Assembly: GCA_047495785.1 (NCBI GenBank)
Contig: JBLDXI010000003.1
Coordinates: forward strand, 1 to 64,000
Direction of reading: 5' to 3'
Origin: Lepidodermella squamata
Lineage: Eukaryota > Animalia > Gastrotricha
Length of the DNA: 64,000 bases
Part shown: positions 1 to 13,639 of the stretch, in pieces
Layout: every line of letters starts with the position of its first letter
Numbering within the stretch: position 1 is the first letter of the stretch
Program-made: the position numbers and the translations under genes
Notes under the pieces: generated by a model
What the model was told of the DNA's origin: nothing
Database searches by the model: none
The model's input: only the letters and a program-made list of their open reading frames with translations

Positions 1-281
1 AAATAAACAGATCTTGAGCAACTGGAGATATTCAGTTGTTGGCTAACCTTGTTCTTACGACTACCGCGAGCTCGGCAGCAGACGCACAAGCAAATGCAGA
101 GGCAGCAAAGGACGGGTACGCCACCAAGAACTCCGGCATAGATGTACAACAGAGGGCCGAGGCGACTTGTGCCATTGGACCCTAACTTTGCCTCAACTTG
201 ACTTGAGGTCAACGAGACTGCCAGAATAAGGCCGAAGAATGCAAACGACCATTTCCCATGACTGCTTAGAAATTTCAGCAT
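1..281 (-). CDS. Inverted duplicate of exon 1 of the 21023-21489 membrane protein gene; runs off the window edge
   Basis: Reverse complement of 21023-21302, with ATG at 281. Confidence 0.8.
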   Translation of the reverse strand, partial: MLKFLSSHGKWSFAFFGLILAVSLTSSQVEAKLGSNGTSRLGPLLYIYAGVLGGVPVLCCLCICLCVCCRARGSRKNKVSQQLNISSCSRSVY

Positions 282-782
282 GGCGAAAATTGCTAGAGAA
301 TATAAGCTACCGTTTTAGAGAGATAGAAAGAGCAGAGCGTCGTTTAATGTTGTTATGGTTCGAATGCTAGTGTCTTCTCCTCTCGTCAAATCGATGCAAC
401 GCCTCGCGCCGTCGCGAGCGGCTGCACTGTAAGCCTGTTCTACTCAATAATGCATTAACAAACACGGTAGAAAATAATCCATAAGAAAGAGTTGCCAAGA
501 CACAATGGCCGATATTCTTCTCGGTTTTATTGATCCAACGATTTGACATCAAAACAGCAGTTCATTTTATCAATAATCTGACTGGTATAGGTAGGAAGTT
601 ATAAGCTTAAACGAGCAGACTAATGGATTCGTTCAGAAAACTAAACAAAATATTCGATTGGAAACCAACACAACACAAAAAATTGAGAAATTTTGACATT
701 ACGACAGAATACAACGTAACAGTAATTGTGATTTTCGATAAAACCAGGAATAACATGCGGCATTGACATTGCGCCTTGGCAG

Positions 783-2005
783 TTACCAAGAGGTTTGCAT
801 TCCCGACGCGTTGTGCGACGTCACCTGTCCGTTGACAGTCGTTGTTTCGGAGTGGGACTCGGAATAGTGACCACTCGTTGACGAAGACATGTTCCAGCCG
901 CCGCCACCACCTGCTCCAGCCGCCGCAAACGAAGCGTGCCCGCCGCCACCAGCGCTTCCGAATCCACCTCCGCCGAAGTCAGCATCCACATGAGACGCGC
1001 CTCCCCAACCACCTGCAAGAGATAAAATTGTGCCATGATAAAATATGTATTTCAAGCAGGATGCGAGCTGAAGGCTTACCCCCTGACATGCTCATCGAAG
1101 CGTGGCCTGTGTTCATGCCGACACCAACGCCCATGGACGGCGCAGCGACTGCGCCGCCGTAGTAACCGGAGGGGGCTCCGTAACCGCCGCCGGCAGCCGT
1201 CACACTAACAGCTGGTCCACCGAAGAAACCGCCTCCGAATCCACCCATGCTCACGCCCATCGACGTTGGATGACCGGCTGAGACATGCATGCTCGCAGCA
1301 GGCGCGACATTCTATGTTCAGAAGAGACAATTTAAGGGATGCGTTAAGGGATTAATTATTTTAAGGATTTTACCGTCGACATGGACACGTGAGCGGCTGG
1401 AGGGGCGACGGGAGCCGAGGCTTTAACGCTCATGCCGACTGCCGGTGCGGCAACATTTGTGGACATGGTCACATTAGCGGCTGCTGGGGCAGGTTTTCGC
1501 GGCCCCGAAGGCGGTGGTTGCGGGTATCCATAGTGTGGCGGCGGGGGCATTCACAGATACATGCATACTTGTTCGTCCATTGCCCATTCCGAGGGCATTA
1601 TCTAGGAAGCCCAGACCGGCGCCGAGCCGCATTTTCATAATCGTTGCCTATAAAAAAACAGTTTTAAAGTGATTGAACAAAAATAGGGCGTTATTTACTG
1701 TTAGCGCCAAACGTCGCCTGAACGTGAGCTGGCTGCGGCTGGCGAACCATGCCAGGCGCCGGCTGCACGTTGTGGCCTTTCATCGGCTGGCCGACCGTCT
1801 GCGGAGGCGAGCTGTCGCCGCAATTTGCCAGAACCAGCGAAATAACTGCCAAAGCTACTACGGCAACAACGAGCAACGACCCGATCGAAACTGTCGATGA
1901 TATTGCCGTAAAATCGGCACCTACTTGTTCCTGAGTTGCATAGCAAACTGCTAAGCACGCCGAGAACAACAGGTAAGTGAAAACTTGGCGAGTTTCACAC
2001 GCCAT
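783..2005 (-). pseudogene. Inverted duplicate of the 19301-20521 Gly/Pro-rich membrane protein gene with two 1-bp insertions (frameshift or sequencing error)
   Basis: Reverse complement of 19301-20521. Extra bases near 1548 (G run) and 1622 relative to the intact copy. Confidence 0.75.
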
Positions 2006-3363
2006 GTCTTTCTTTCAAATGCCGATGGCCTATGCAAATTTCTGAATATGTAAATCTGATTGATGTAAATCTGAAAAGCAAGTGATCATGCGAAGTATAC
2101 GACTAATCAATATTGTGATCCCAAGCAAAATAAAAGGATAAGATGATCGCTGGTGGTGCATAAAGTGGTAAAAAGTCAACATGCAAATAAAAGTGTCTTT
2201 AAGTTGGCTACTTTAAGCCTGTGCCGTGTTACGAAGCCCTTAGTAAGAAGGTTGAAACGGGTTACTTCACTCGGTTTCCTCGATGATTGCAACGTCATGT
2301 ACTGGGCGATTTGTTTATAGCAGCCGATACATCCCAGGTAAGCTCACGTATCCACGCCACTCATTTGTATATAAACTTGTGTCACGGCTACGCACCGGCG
2401 ACCGATCGATCCATCGATTCACTCAGTGGGTTGAGCGGGGGGGCCTCAAAACATTCAAGCACATTTTCGAAGATGACGCAATAGTACATCAAACATTAAT
2501 AATGCGGCCGTTCGTGGCGATTGTATGCATATTTCATGTCAGTCCCGTGCACGATTGATTTGTTAACACGGTTCCGACTGCCCGTGGAAACGTTCGATTT
2601 GGGTGAAATGAGCACGCCGATCATTTGATTCATTCTTCTAAATGCCACCTTTTCGGGCGGCACATATGATATTTGAGAGCAAAGCTTATTGCTGACGTAA
2701 TTTCCCCGCGAATAGAACAGAATGAGTAGTAGTCGTCGAACTACTAATTTCAGACCACAGCATCGATGATATCTGTTCAGGGGTGCTGAACAGCTCACCA
2801 TGTCATTACGGCTTCACGAAGGCCTTCATGGACTTCAACATTATTTAAAAAATCTGTAAGCATGCAAGAGATGAGGGCGCTACTTCCGACTTTCGGAGGC
2901 ATATATCTAGAACGCAAGACTAGAACCCTCTTGCCAATCCGGTATGTTGACTCTCCAAGTGCTTATGGACCTTTGATCAGCTTCCGCCGGCAGACGTAAA
3001 TTACAACATGCTCTCTGAGTCCATCATAATATTTAGTTGTCCAGGGAATGAAATCTCGAATAAAAAGAAAATCATTGAACAACTGATTATGATTATTATA
3101 GACATTTTAGAAAACACCGATGGAAAAAATGATAATATTCACCATAACTGTTTATCGTTCATTTCTTCACTCTTTGAAATTTCAAATATCGTCAAACCTT
3201 TATTGCACACTTCAAGTAAAAAAAAGCATAAATAAGAGGTACAAAATCGTATATAAAAATCACTCGAGATCATTTCATTAAAATCAGCAGCATGAAAATG
3301 GGTAGTAGAGAAACATCTAAAATCTAAAATTAGTTGCTCTTACGACCATTGCAGCTGTTAGAA

Positions 3364-4018
3364 TCACAGAATTCTAGCGGTCATTGAATCGGCAAAGTTG
3401 ACACCGCTGCTGATCGATTGGTGTTTGATTTTCGGAGGGGGGTGGCTTGATAGGCATCATTTCGATGGCCGTCTCTTGGTTCGACTGCGCCGGCGTCGGC
3501 TGCTGCTGCTGCTGTTGCTGCGACTGCAAGATGCTCGCAGGCGCTCGTCTTGGCCGGTGCGCTTTCATGGCATCAGTCGATTCGCCCTGTCCCGCTGATA
3601 ATTGCACCAGAGGTTCTGGTGGCAGCGGAATCGAAGGTCGCCTAGCTATGGGCGGCAATCGGCGGGCCGGCAGTTTCACCTCAGACTCGGCTGTTGCGGC
3701 TGCCTCCTCTCGCTGCTTAGCCGTATTGAGGCGGTGAGCCGCAGACCACTCGCGAGCCTGCAGCGCAAACAGAAGTTGGTGTTCATCTAAAAATAGCTCA
3801 ACGTGTAGCTCACCTTGGCTAGAGTGCTTGCTTTGGAGCCGAGTGGCTTCGGCGGGTGGCTTGTTGAACAAGCCGTGGCCATTTTGACGGCGCTTTTTGA
3901 TGTACCAGTAAATCAGCAGGGATATGCCCAGGCCGAGGAGGAAAGCTCCAACCAAAGCGACGGGCACGGCGACTGTTAGCGCGTCAACCTGTGCATGCAA
4001 TTCACTCGCTGAATTCAT
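3364..4018 (-). pseudogene. Inverted duplicate of the 17289-17944 membrane protein gene with homopolymer indels
   Basis: Same sequence as 17289-17944, but with an extra G near 3855 and near 3440 and one fewer CAG unit. Confidence 0.75.
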
Positions 4019-5660
4019 TCCTAGCGAATGTCAAAAAAACGAACCATACTGATTGGTACGCCACGTTGCGAATGTCAATCGGAAATTTAAGTTTTAGCGC
4101 TAAGAAACAAATCACGGGCAATGGATGTCGCGAATTTCATTGTATTCTATCTCTCTCCAAGCTGGCAATCAATTTAAATGAATGGGCATGTAAAACTGGA
4201 AAACGGCAACTGAACTGAAACTCAAATCCGGGGCTAAAAACTCAACGAAAAAGCGGGTAACGAAAAAAACGTAGGGAAATGCGCAATCTTCAACTTTATT
4301 ATTATTGTATTAATTTCTCAAATAAATAATTACTACAATGTTATAGCCAGTGTAGTTTCAACACGTACAGTAGATGGCTGGTTGGTCCGCAGCGAATGCG
4401 CAACCGCCGTGATATTCGAAGCTGCCATCGAAGGCGTTGGCTGGCCCGCATTCGAGGAATAATAATAATTAGTAACACAGCGTCAAGTCACCGACAAGAA
4501 CACCAACAATAATAACATTAGTAAAGCTGGAAACCGAGTGAAAAAAATCGATAGCATCGATCATAATTTGTAGCACAGTTACGTTTGTAAGTGGTGTAAT
4601 GATGAGTAATCGCACACACAAAACGCAAAAAAATACGTACAAAAATACTGATGTATATCTATTAGCATATACTGAATGAATGCAAGTATATTAGCAGACC
4701 CAATTGAAAAAAAGTAGAAAGTACCGCTCCTATAATATTATAACAAAAGATGACCAGAAATATCACCAGTGCAGAGTTTCGAATTTCAGATGATAATCGA
4801 TAAACGAGAGAACACGATTCGAAGAGAAAAGTAAAGATTGTTCGAAATCGATGGCGAAATGAGTTGGAAAAAAATAAGAGAAACCCGTTCGAAGAGAACC
4901 ATACCATACCAGATCGACAAGATCCATCACAATAGCACATTTAATACAAAATAGGTAATGTTGTGTATCAACAATCATCATCAGGCACAATACGATAAAA
5001 TGCAATGTAATGAAGAAAAAATATCATCAGATGAAGAAAAATTGAACAAGCAACCAATATAATAGAAAAATGTCGGAATGAAGTGTGCAACCAACAAAAA
5101 CTGAACTGCAGATTCACGTTGATGCAAACGAGTCAAAAAATAGGTAAGTATAAAATCGAATCACGACAAGCGAGCGAGCGAGCGAGTGAGTAAAAGTAAG
5201 AAAGTGGTGCTTTTGGCCCCAAAACAAGATAATTGATAAGCCGGTGAGTTGTAAGAGATGAACAGAACCCATCAACTGCGAATAGGGCACAATAGAAATG
5301 TGGACACCGAGATTCGCTGCGGTTCGGCTTGACAATTATTCAGTTATGCTCGCTTAGATTCCAAGTTAATACATGCACGCATTGCGAATAATGAAATAAT
5401 GATAATAATCACCTTGCGTTGTTTCCCATTATTAATAGAAGTAGTAGGTATAGTTTGAAACGTTGAACTGACCACAAGTAGTACATAGTAGTAGTAGTAG
5501 TAGTAGTATTAGCATAGTAGCATCTGTACGTTTTCATGTAATGTATGTTTACAGCTGAAAGATCCGACATAAAAAATGAATGAATGAATGATTGATTGCG
5601 CCAACAGCAACAACCGGGGGTGTCTTTTTTAGATTATCAGGCGCCGCTCTTTGGACTGGT

Positions 5661-6881
5661 CAAACAAAGACGCCGCCCGAATCGGGTGGATCTAGCTTTG
5701 CCGATGTGACAGTCACCGTTGGAATGGCGGTGCTGGTGATGACACCACTACTTAGGTTGTAGTTGTTACTGTTGTTGTCAATGCCACCACCACCACCCGC
5801 CACCGCTAGCAGACTGCGATACATAGGAGGCGGGCGAGAAGGAGGAGGAGGAGGAGTGTAGATTAGCAGCAGCAGCAGCAGCTGAAGCAGTAGGCAGCAT
5901 CAATGAAGACGATGCGACACCTGCCGTTGCTGCCATCGCTGCCACTGCAGCTTTTGCATTCGCATTGGTATTTGCTCGATTGACGTCGTCATGGTCTGCA
6001 TTGTCGCCGACATCGTCGTCGTCGTCGTCGTAGTCGTAATCGGAGGCTGTGAAACCGGCCAAACTGCCATCCTCTTCCTCGTCCCCGTCATCCTCCTCAT
6101 CATCATCTTCATCATGGTTGTTGTACCTCGGGCTGTTGCTGTTCTTCACCGCCTCAGATTGTTGTTGTTGTGGTTGTGGTGCAAGTGTCGTCGCATGTGT
6201 CATCATCATCACAGGCATCGCTCCAGTCGTAGCAGCAGCAGCAGTTCTAACAGCCGTCGGTCTCAGCAATGCAGGCAGTTGCTGATTGGAAGGCCGTGCA
6301 TCTGATGCAGTCGAGCTCAACGTATTCGTCGCATTAGCAGTTGCAATAGGCGCGAGTGAACTGACAGCGGCGCCGCTCGCCAGGTTGTACGCGCCGTACG
6401 ACACGTTCGAGGACGCGTGGCTGCTGATGCTGCTCAGCGTCTCCGCCGCCTCGCGCTCGTCCAGGTTCAGGCCCAGCTCCGCACCCGAGAAAACACCCGT
6501 TGCCGTTGCCGTTGCTGTAGTCGCAGTCTGCTGCTGAGCCAACTGCTGCTGTTGCTGTTGCTGCCTCTGCAATTGCAACTGCAATTGTTGCGTACCCATG
6601 AGTGACGCCGAGCCACCGTTGCGATGCGTTCTGTTGCCGTTGTTGCCATTCAGCATGTTGACACCCACTGCAGATGCAGCGGCAGCAGCCGTTGCAGCTG
6701 AATCTGAGCCGAAATGCGGCCTCTGCCTATTCGGCTGCTGTTGTTGCTGTTGCTGTTGGTAATAGTAGTTGTTGTGCTGTGGCTGCTGGTGTTGCTGTTG
6801 GTAGTGATTATCCGGCACGGCAAAGTACGGCGAGTAGTCCCAATGCTTGCCTGTACTCCCACTGCCGTTGCTAATGCTGCT

Positions 6882-6915
<34 letters not shown>

Positions 6916-7610
6916 CTGGCCGCCCATGCCGAGTAGGCTAGCAGGTCGGGCGATGACTGAATCACCAGCTTCGACCCACCGCCAATGCCGCCACTTGGCA
7001 GCGTCGACGCCTCCCACGAGTCCGGGTCTTCATCGCCTGTCGCCGTTGCAAAGCCGTGCTGCAGCAGACCGCCATCAAAGTCGTCGTAGAATGCGTAATT
7101 CTGGTGCTGGTAAATCGACGCCGGCTGGTTGTGGTTGCGCAAGTAGTTGTACGACGCTATCATTCGCTCGTCGTCTTCGTCGTCATTCCGGCCCCACATC
7201 CCACCGCCTCCGCCTCCGCCATGATGTCCCATTGCCGCCCCTGTATGCGTAGCTGTTTCCAAGTTCGTAAACCCTGCCTTGTCGCTGCCATTTGAATAGT
7301 TGTAGATGGAACGTGGGCCGGACGACGATGACATGATGGCTGCCGATGTCGTCACCGTCGCGATGCGGCCGTTCGCACCCGCCAGCACCACCGACCGTTT
7401 TCCATTAGCCGATGCCGAATGGCTGTTCCCACTACTGGTATTAGAGCCGCCGCCGCCGCCGAACAGCGTCGGGTGCTGTTGCGCGAGGTAGGCGGCGAGG
7501 CGCTGGCGGTGCAGCCGGCCGCCGCAGCAGCAGCACCACACGAGAATGCCGACGGCGAGCAGGGCAAGCGAGCCCAGCACCACCGGCAGCACAACCACCA
7601 ACACGTCCAC
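5661..7610 (-). pseudogene. Inverted duplicate of the 13640-15651 membrane protein gene, lacking the ATG micro-exon and frameshifted near 5797
   Basis: The 610-aa ORF matches the 649-aa ORF until the final Gly run. The junction at 7621 cuts inside intron 1, so the ATG exon is absent. Confidence 0.8.
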
Positions 7611-8631
7611 CTATTTTTCATCTGATGATATTTTTTCTTCATTACATTGCATTTTATCGTATTGTGCCTGATGATGATTGTTGATACACAACATTACCTA
7701 TTTTGTATTAAATGTGCTATTGTGATGGATCTTGTCGATCTGGTATGGTATGGTTCTCTTCGAACGGGTTTCTCTTATTTTTTTCCAACTCATTTCGCCA
7801 TCGATTTCGAACAATCTTTACTTTTCTCTTCGAATCGTGTTCTCTCGTTTATCGATTATCATCTGAAATTCGAAACTCTGCACTGGTGATATTTCTGGTC
7901 ATCTTTTGTTATAATATTATAGGAGCGGTACTTTCTACTTTTTTTCAATTGGGTCTGCTAATATACTTGCATTCATTCAGTATATGCTAATAGATATACA
8001 TCAGTATTTTTGTACGTATTTTTTTGCGTTTTGTGTGTGCGATTACTCATCATTACACCACTTACAAACGTAACTGTGCTACAAATTATGATCGATGCTA
8101 TCGATTTTTTTCACTCGGTTTCCAGCTTTACTAATGTTATTATTGTTGGTGTTCTTGTCGGTGACTTGACGCTGTGTTACTAATTATTATTATTCCTCGA
8201 ATGCGGGCCAGCCAACGCTTCGATGGCAGCTTCGAATATCACGGCGGTTGCGCATTCGCTGCGGACCAACCAGCCATCTACTGTACGTGTTGAAACTACA
8301 CTGGCTATAACATTGTAGTAATTATTTATTTGAGAAATTAATACAATAATAATAAAGTTGAAGATTGCGCATTTCCCTACGTTTTTTCGTTACCCGCTTT
8401 TTCGTTGAGTTTTTAGCCCCGGATTTGAGTTTCAGTTCAGTTGCCGTTTTCCAGTTTTACATGCCCATTCATTTAAATTGATTGCCAGCTTGGAGAGAGA
8501 TAGAATACAATGAAATTCGCGACATCCATTGCCCGTGATTTGTTTCTTAGCGCTAAAACTTAAATTTCCGATTGACATTCGCAACGTGGCGTACCAATCA
8601 GTATGGTTCGTTTTTTTGACATTCGCTAGGA

Positions 8632-9287
8632 ATGAATTCAGCGAGTGAATTGCATGCACAGGTTGACGCGCTAACAGTCGCCGTGCCCGTCGCTTTGGTT
8701 GGAGCTTTCCTCCTCGGCCTGGGCATATCCCTGCTGATTTACTGGTACATCAAAAAGCGCCGTCAAAATGGCCACGGCTTGTTCAACAAGCCACCGCCGA
8801 AGCCACTCGGCTCCAAAGCAAGCACTCTAGCCAAGGTGAGCTACACGTTGAGCTATTTTTAGATGAACACCAACTTCTGTTTGCGCTGCAGGCTCGCGAG
8901 TGGTCTGCGGCTCACCGCCTCAATACGGCTAAGCAGCGAGAGGAGGCAGCCGCAACAGCCGAGTCTGAGGTGAAACTGCCGGCCCGCCGATTGCCGCCCA
9001 TAGCTAGGCGACCTTCGATTCCGCTGCCACCAGAACCTCTGGTGCAATTATCAGCGGGACAGGGCGAATCGACTGATGCCATGAAAGCGCACCGGCCAAG
9101 ACGAGCGCCTGCGAGCATCTTGCAGTCGCAGCAACAGCAGCAGCAGCAGCAGCCGACGCCGGCGCAGTCGAACCAAGAGACGGCCATCGAAATGATGCCT
9201 ATCAAGCCACCCCCTCCGAAAATCAAACACCAATCGATCAGCAGCGGTGTCAACTTTGCCGATTCAATGACCGCTAGAATTCTGTGA
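8632..9287 (+). CDS. Direct duplicate (intact) of the 17289-17944 single-pass membrane protein gene
   Basis: ORFs 8632-8862 and 8970-9287 are identical to 17289-17519 and 17627-17944. Confidence 0.75.
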
Positions 9288-10328
9288 TTCTAACAGCTGC
9301 AATGGTCGTAAGAGCAACTAATTTTAGATTTTAGATGTTTCTCTACTACCCATTTTCATGCTGCTGATTTTAATGAAATGATCTCGAGTGATTTTTATAT
9401 ACGATTTTGTACCTCTTATTTATGCTTTTTTTTACTTGAAGTGTGCAATAAAGGTTTGACGATATTTGAAATTTCAAAGAGTGAAGAAATGAACGATAAA
9501 CAGTTATGGTGAATATTATCATTTTTCCATCGGTGTTTTCTAAAATGTCTATAATAATCATAATCAGTTGTTCAATGATTTTCTTTTTATTCGAGATTTC
9601 ATTCCCTGGACAACTAAATATTATGATGGACTCAGAGAGCATGTTGTAATTTACGTCTGCCGGCGGAAGCTGATCAAAGGTCCATAAGCACTTGGAGAGT
9701 CAACATACCGGATTGGCAAGAGGGTTCTAGTCTTGCGTTCTAGATATATGCCTCCGAAAGTCGGAAGTAGCGCCCTCATCTCTTGCATGCTTACAGATTT
9801 TTTAAATAATGTTGAAGTCCATGAAGGCCTTCGTGAAGCCGTAATGACATGGTGAGCTGTTCAGCACCCCTGAACAGATATCATCGATGCTGTGGTCTGA
9901 AATTAGTAGTTCGACGACTACTACTCATTCTGTTCTATTCGCGGGGAAATTACGTCAGCAATAAGCTTTGCTCTCAAATATCATATGTGCCGCCCGAAAA
10001 GGTGGCATTTAGAAGAATGAATCAAATGATCGGCGTGCTCATTTCACCCAAATCGAACGTTTCCACGGGCAGTCGGAACCGTGTTAACAAATCAATCGTG
10101 CACGGGACTGACATGAAATATGCATACAATCGCCACGAACGGCCGCATTATTAATGTTTGATGTACTATTGCGTCATCTTCGAAAATGTGCTTGAATGTT
10201 TTGAGGCCCCCCGCTCAACCCACTGAGTGAATCGATGGATCGATCGGTCGCCGGTGCGTAGCCGTGACACAAGTTTATATACAAATGAGTGGCGTGGATA
10301 CGTGAGCTTACCTGGGATGTATCGGCTG

Positions 10329-10667
10329 CTATAAACAAATCGCCCAGTACATGACGTTGCAATCATCGAGGAAACCGAGTGAAGTAACCCGTTTCAACCT
10401 TCTTACTAAGGGCTTCGTAACACGGCACAGGCTTAAAGTAGCCAACTTAAAGACACTTTTATTTGCATGTTGACTTTTTACCACTTTATGCACCACCAGC
10501 GAAATAACTGCCAAAGCTACTACGGCAACAACGAGCAACGACCCGATCGAAACTGTCGATGATATTGCCGTAAAATCGGCACCTACTTGTTCCTGAGTTG
10601 CATAGCAAACTGCTAAGCACGCCGAGAACAACAGGTAAGTGAAAACTTGGCGAGTTTCACACGCCAT
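10329..10667 (-). pseudogene. Chimeric ORF at the central fold-back: signal peptide and TM of the 19301 gene fused to antisense sequence
   Basis: The first 58 aa (MACETRQ...AVISLV) are identical to the 19301 ORF, then the sequence diverges at the ACCAGCGA junction. Confidence 0.75.
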
Positions 10668-12026
10668 GTCTTTCTTTCAAATGCCGATGGCCTATGCAAA
10701 TTTCTGAATATGTAAATCTGATTGATGTAAATCTGAAAAGCAAGTGATCATGCGAAGTATACGACTAATCAATATTGTGATCCCAAGCAAAATAAAAGGA
10801 TAAGATGATCGCTGGTGGTGCATAAAGTGGTAAAAAGTCAACATGCAAATAAAAGTGTCTTTAAGTTGGCTACTTTAAGCCTGTGCCGTGTTACGAAGCC
10901 CTTAGTAAGAAGGTTGAAACGGGTTACTTCACTCGGTTTCCTCGATGATTGCAACGTCATGTACTGGGCGATTTGTTTATAGCAGCCGATACATCCCAGG
11001 TAAGCTCACGTATCCACGCCACTCATTTGTATATAAACTTGTGTCACGGCTACGCACCGGCGACCGATCGATCCATCGATTCACTCAGTGGGTTGAGCGG
11101 GGGGCCTCAAAACATTCAAGCACATTTTCGAAGATGACGCAATAGTACATCAAACATTAATAATGCGGCCGTTCGTGGCGATTGTATGCATATTTCATGT
11201 CAGTCCCGTGCACGATTGATTTGTTAACACGGTTCCGACTGCCCGTGGAAACGTTCGATTTGGGTGAAATGAGCACGCCGATCATTTGATTCATTCTTCT
11301 AAATGCCACCTTTTCGGGCGGCACATATGATATTTGAGAGCAAAAAGCTTATTGCTGACGTAATTTCCCCGCGAATAGAACAGAATGAGTAGTAGTCGTC
11401 GAACTACTAATTTCAGACCACAGCATCGATGATATCTGTTCAGGGGTGCTGAACAGCTCACCATGTCATTACGGCTTCACGAAGGCCTTCATGGACTTCA
11501 ACATTATTTAAAAAATCTGTAAGCATGCAAGAGATGAGGGCGCTACTTCCGACTTTCGGAGGCATATATCTAGAACGCAAGACTAGAACCCTCTTGCCAA
11601 TCCGGTATGTTGACTCTCCAAGTGCTTATGGACCTTTGATCAGCTTCCGCCGGCAGACGTAAATTACAACATGCTCTCTGAGTCCATCATAATATTTAGT
11701 TGTCCAGGGAATGAAATCTCGAATAAAAAGAAAATCATTGAACAACTGATTATGATTATTATAGACATTTTAGAAAACACCGATGGAAAAATGATAATAT
11801 TCACCATAACTGTTTATCGTTCATTTCTTCACTCTTTGAAATTTCAAATATCGTCAAACCTTTATTGCACACTTCAAGTAAAAAAAAAGCATAAATAAGA
11901 GGTACAAAATCGTATATAAAAATCACTCGAGATCATTTCATTAAAATCAGCAGCATGAAAATGGGTAGTAGAGAAACATCTAAAATCTAAAATTAGTTGC
12001 TCTTACGACCATTGCAGCTGTTAGAA

Positions 12027-12681
12027 TCACAGAATTCTAGCGGTCATTGAATCGGCAAAGTTGACACCGCTGCTGATCGATTGGTGTTTGATTTTCGGAG
12101 GGGGTGGCTTGATAGGCATCATTTCGATGGCCGTCTCTTGGTTCGACTGCGCCGGCGTCGGCTGCTGCTGCTGCTGCTGTTGCTGCGACTGCAAGATGCT
12201 CGCAGGCGCTCGTCTTGGCCGGTGCGCTTTCATGGCATCAGTCGATTCGCCCTGTCCCGCTGATAATTGCACCAGAGGTTCTGGTGGCAGCGGAATCGAA
12301 GGTCGCCTAGCTATGGGCGGCAATCGGCGGGCCGGCAGTTTCACCTCAGACTCGGCTGTTGCGGCTGCCTCCTCTCGCTGCTTAGCCGTATTGAGGCGGT
12401 GAGCCGCAGACCACTCGCGAGCCTGCAGCGCAAACAGAAGTTGGTGTTCATCTAAAAATAGCTCAACGTGTAGCTCACCTTGGCTAGAGTGCTTGCTTTG
12501 GAGCCGAGTGGCTTCGGCGGTGGCTTGTTGAACAAGCCGTGGCCATTTTGACGGCGCTTTTTGATGTACCAGTAAATCAGCAGGGATATGCCCAGGCCGA
12601 GGAGGAAAGCTCCAACCAAGCGACGGGCACGGCGACTGTTAGCGCGTCAACCTGTGCATGCAATTCACTCGCTGAATTCAT
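12027..12681 (-). pseudogene. Third duplicate (inverted) of the 17289-17944 gene, with a 1-bp deletion near 12618
   Basis: CCAAGCG here versus CCAAAGCG in the other copies; the rest matches. Confidence 0.7.
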
Positions 12682-13639
12682 TCCTAGCGAATGTCAAAAA
12701 AACGAACCATACTGATTGGTACGCCACGTTGCGAATGTCAATCGGAAATTTAAGTTTTAGCGCTAAGAAACAAATCACGGGCAATGGATGTCGCGAATTT
12801 CATTGTATTCTATCTCTCTCCAAGCTGGCAATCAATTTAAATGAATGGGCATGTAAAACTGGAAAACGGCAACTGAACTGAAACTCAAATCCGGGGCTAA
12901 AAACTCAACGAAAAAGCGGTAACGAAAAAACGTAGGGAAATGCGCAATCTTCAACTTTATTATTATTGTATTAATTTCTCAAATAAATAATTACTACAAT
13001 GTTATAGCCAGTGTAGTTTCAACACGTACAGTAGATGGCTGGTTGGTCCGCAGCGAATGCGCAACCGCCGTGATATTCGAAGCTGCCATCGAAGCGTTGG
13101 CTGGCCCGCATTCGAGGAATAATAATAATTAGTAACACAGCGTCAAGTCACCGACAAGAACACCAACAATAATAACATTAGTAAAGCTGGAAACCGAGTG
13201 AAAAAAATCGATAGCATCGATCATAATTTGTAGCACAGTTACGTTTGTAAGTGGTGTAATGATGAGTAATCGCACACACAAAACGCAAAAAAATACGTAC
13301 AAAAATACTGATGTATATCTATTAGCATATACTGAATGAATGCAAGTATATTAGCAGACCCAATTGAAAAAAAGTAGAAAGTACCGCTCCTATAATATTA
13401 TAACAAAAGATGACCAGAAATATCACCAGTGCAGAGTTTCGAATTTCAGATGATAATCGATAAACGAGAGAACACGATTCGAAGAGAAAAGTAAAGATTG
13501 TTCGAAATCGATGGCGAAATGAGTTGGAAATCGAGTGACCGAGGGATTGCAATCGAATTGAACGAAGGAACGAAAGAGTGAAAACGATATTTGACCATCA
13601 TTGAGATTTTGTGTGTGTTCGAAAAACGGCCCATAGCTT

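Noticed and set aside
3374-4018. 214-aa continuous ORF suggesting an intronless variant
   Set aside because: Produced by 1-bp insertions that shift the frame through the intron; the intact copies show the spliced structure.
5900-7642. Many overlapping 60-110 aa ORFs within the long low-complexity gene (mirrored at 13691-15412)
   Set aside because: Alternative frames of GC-rich trinucleotide repeats.
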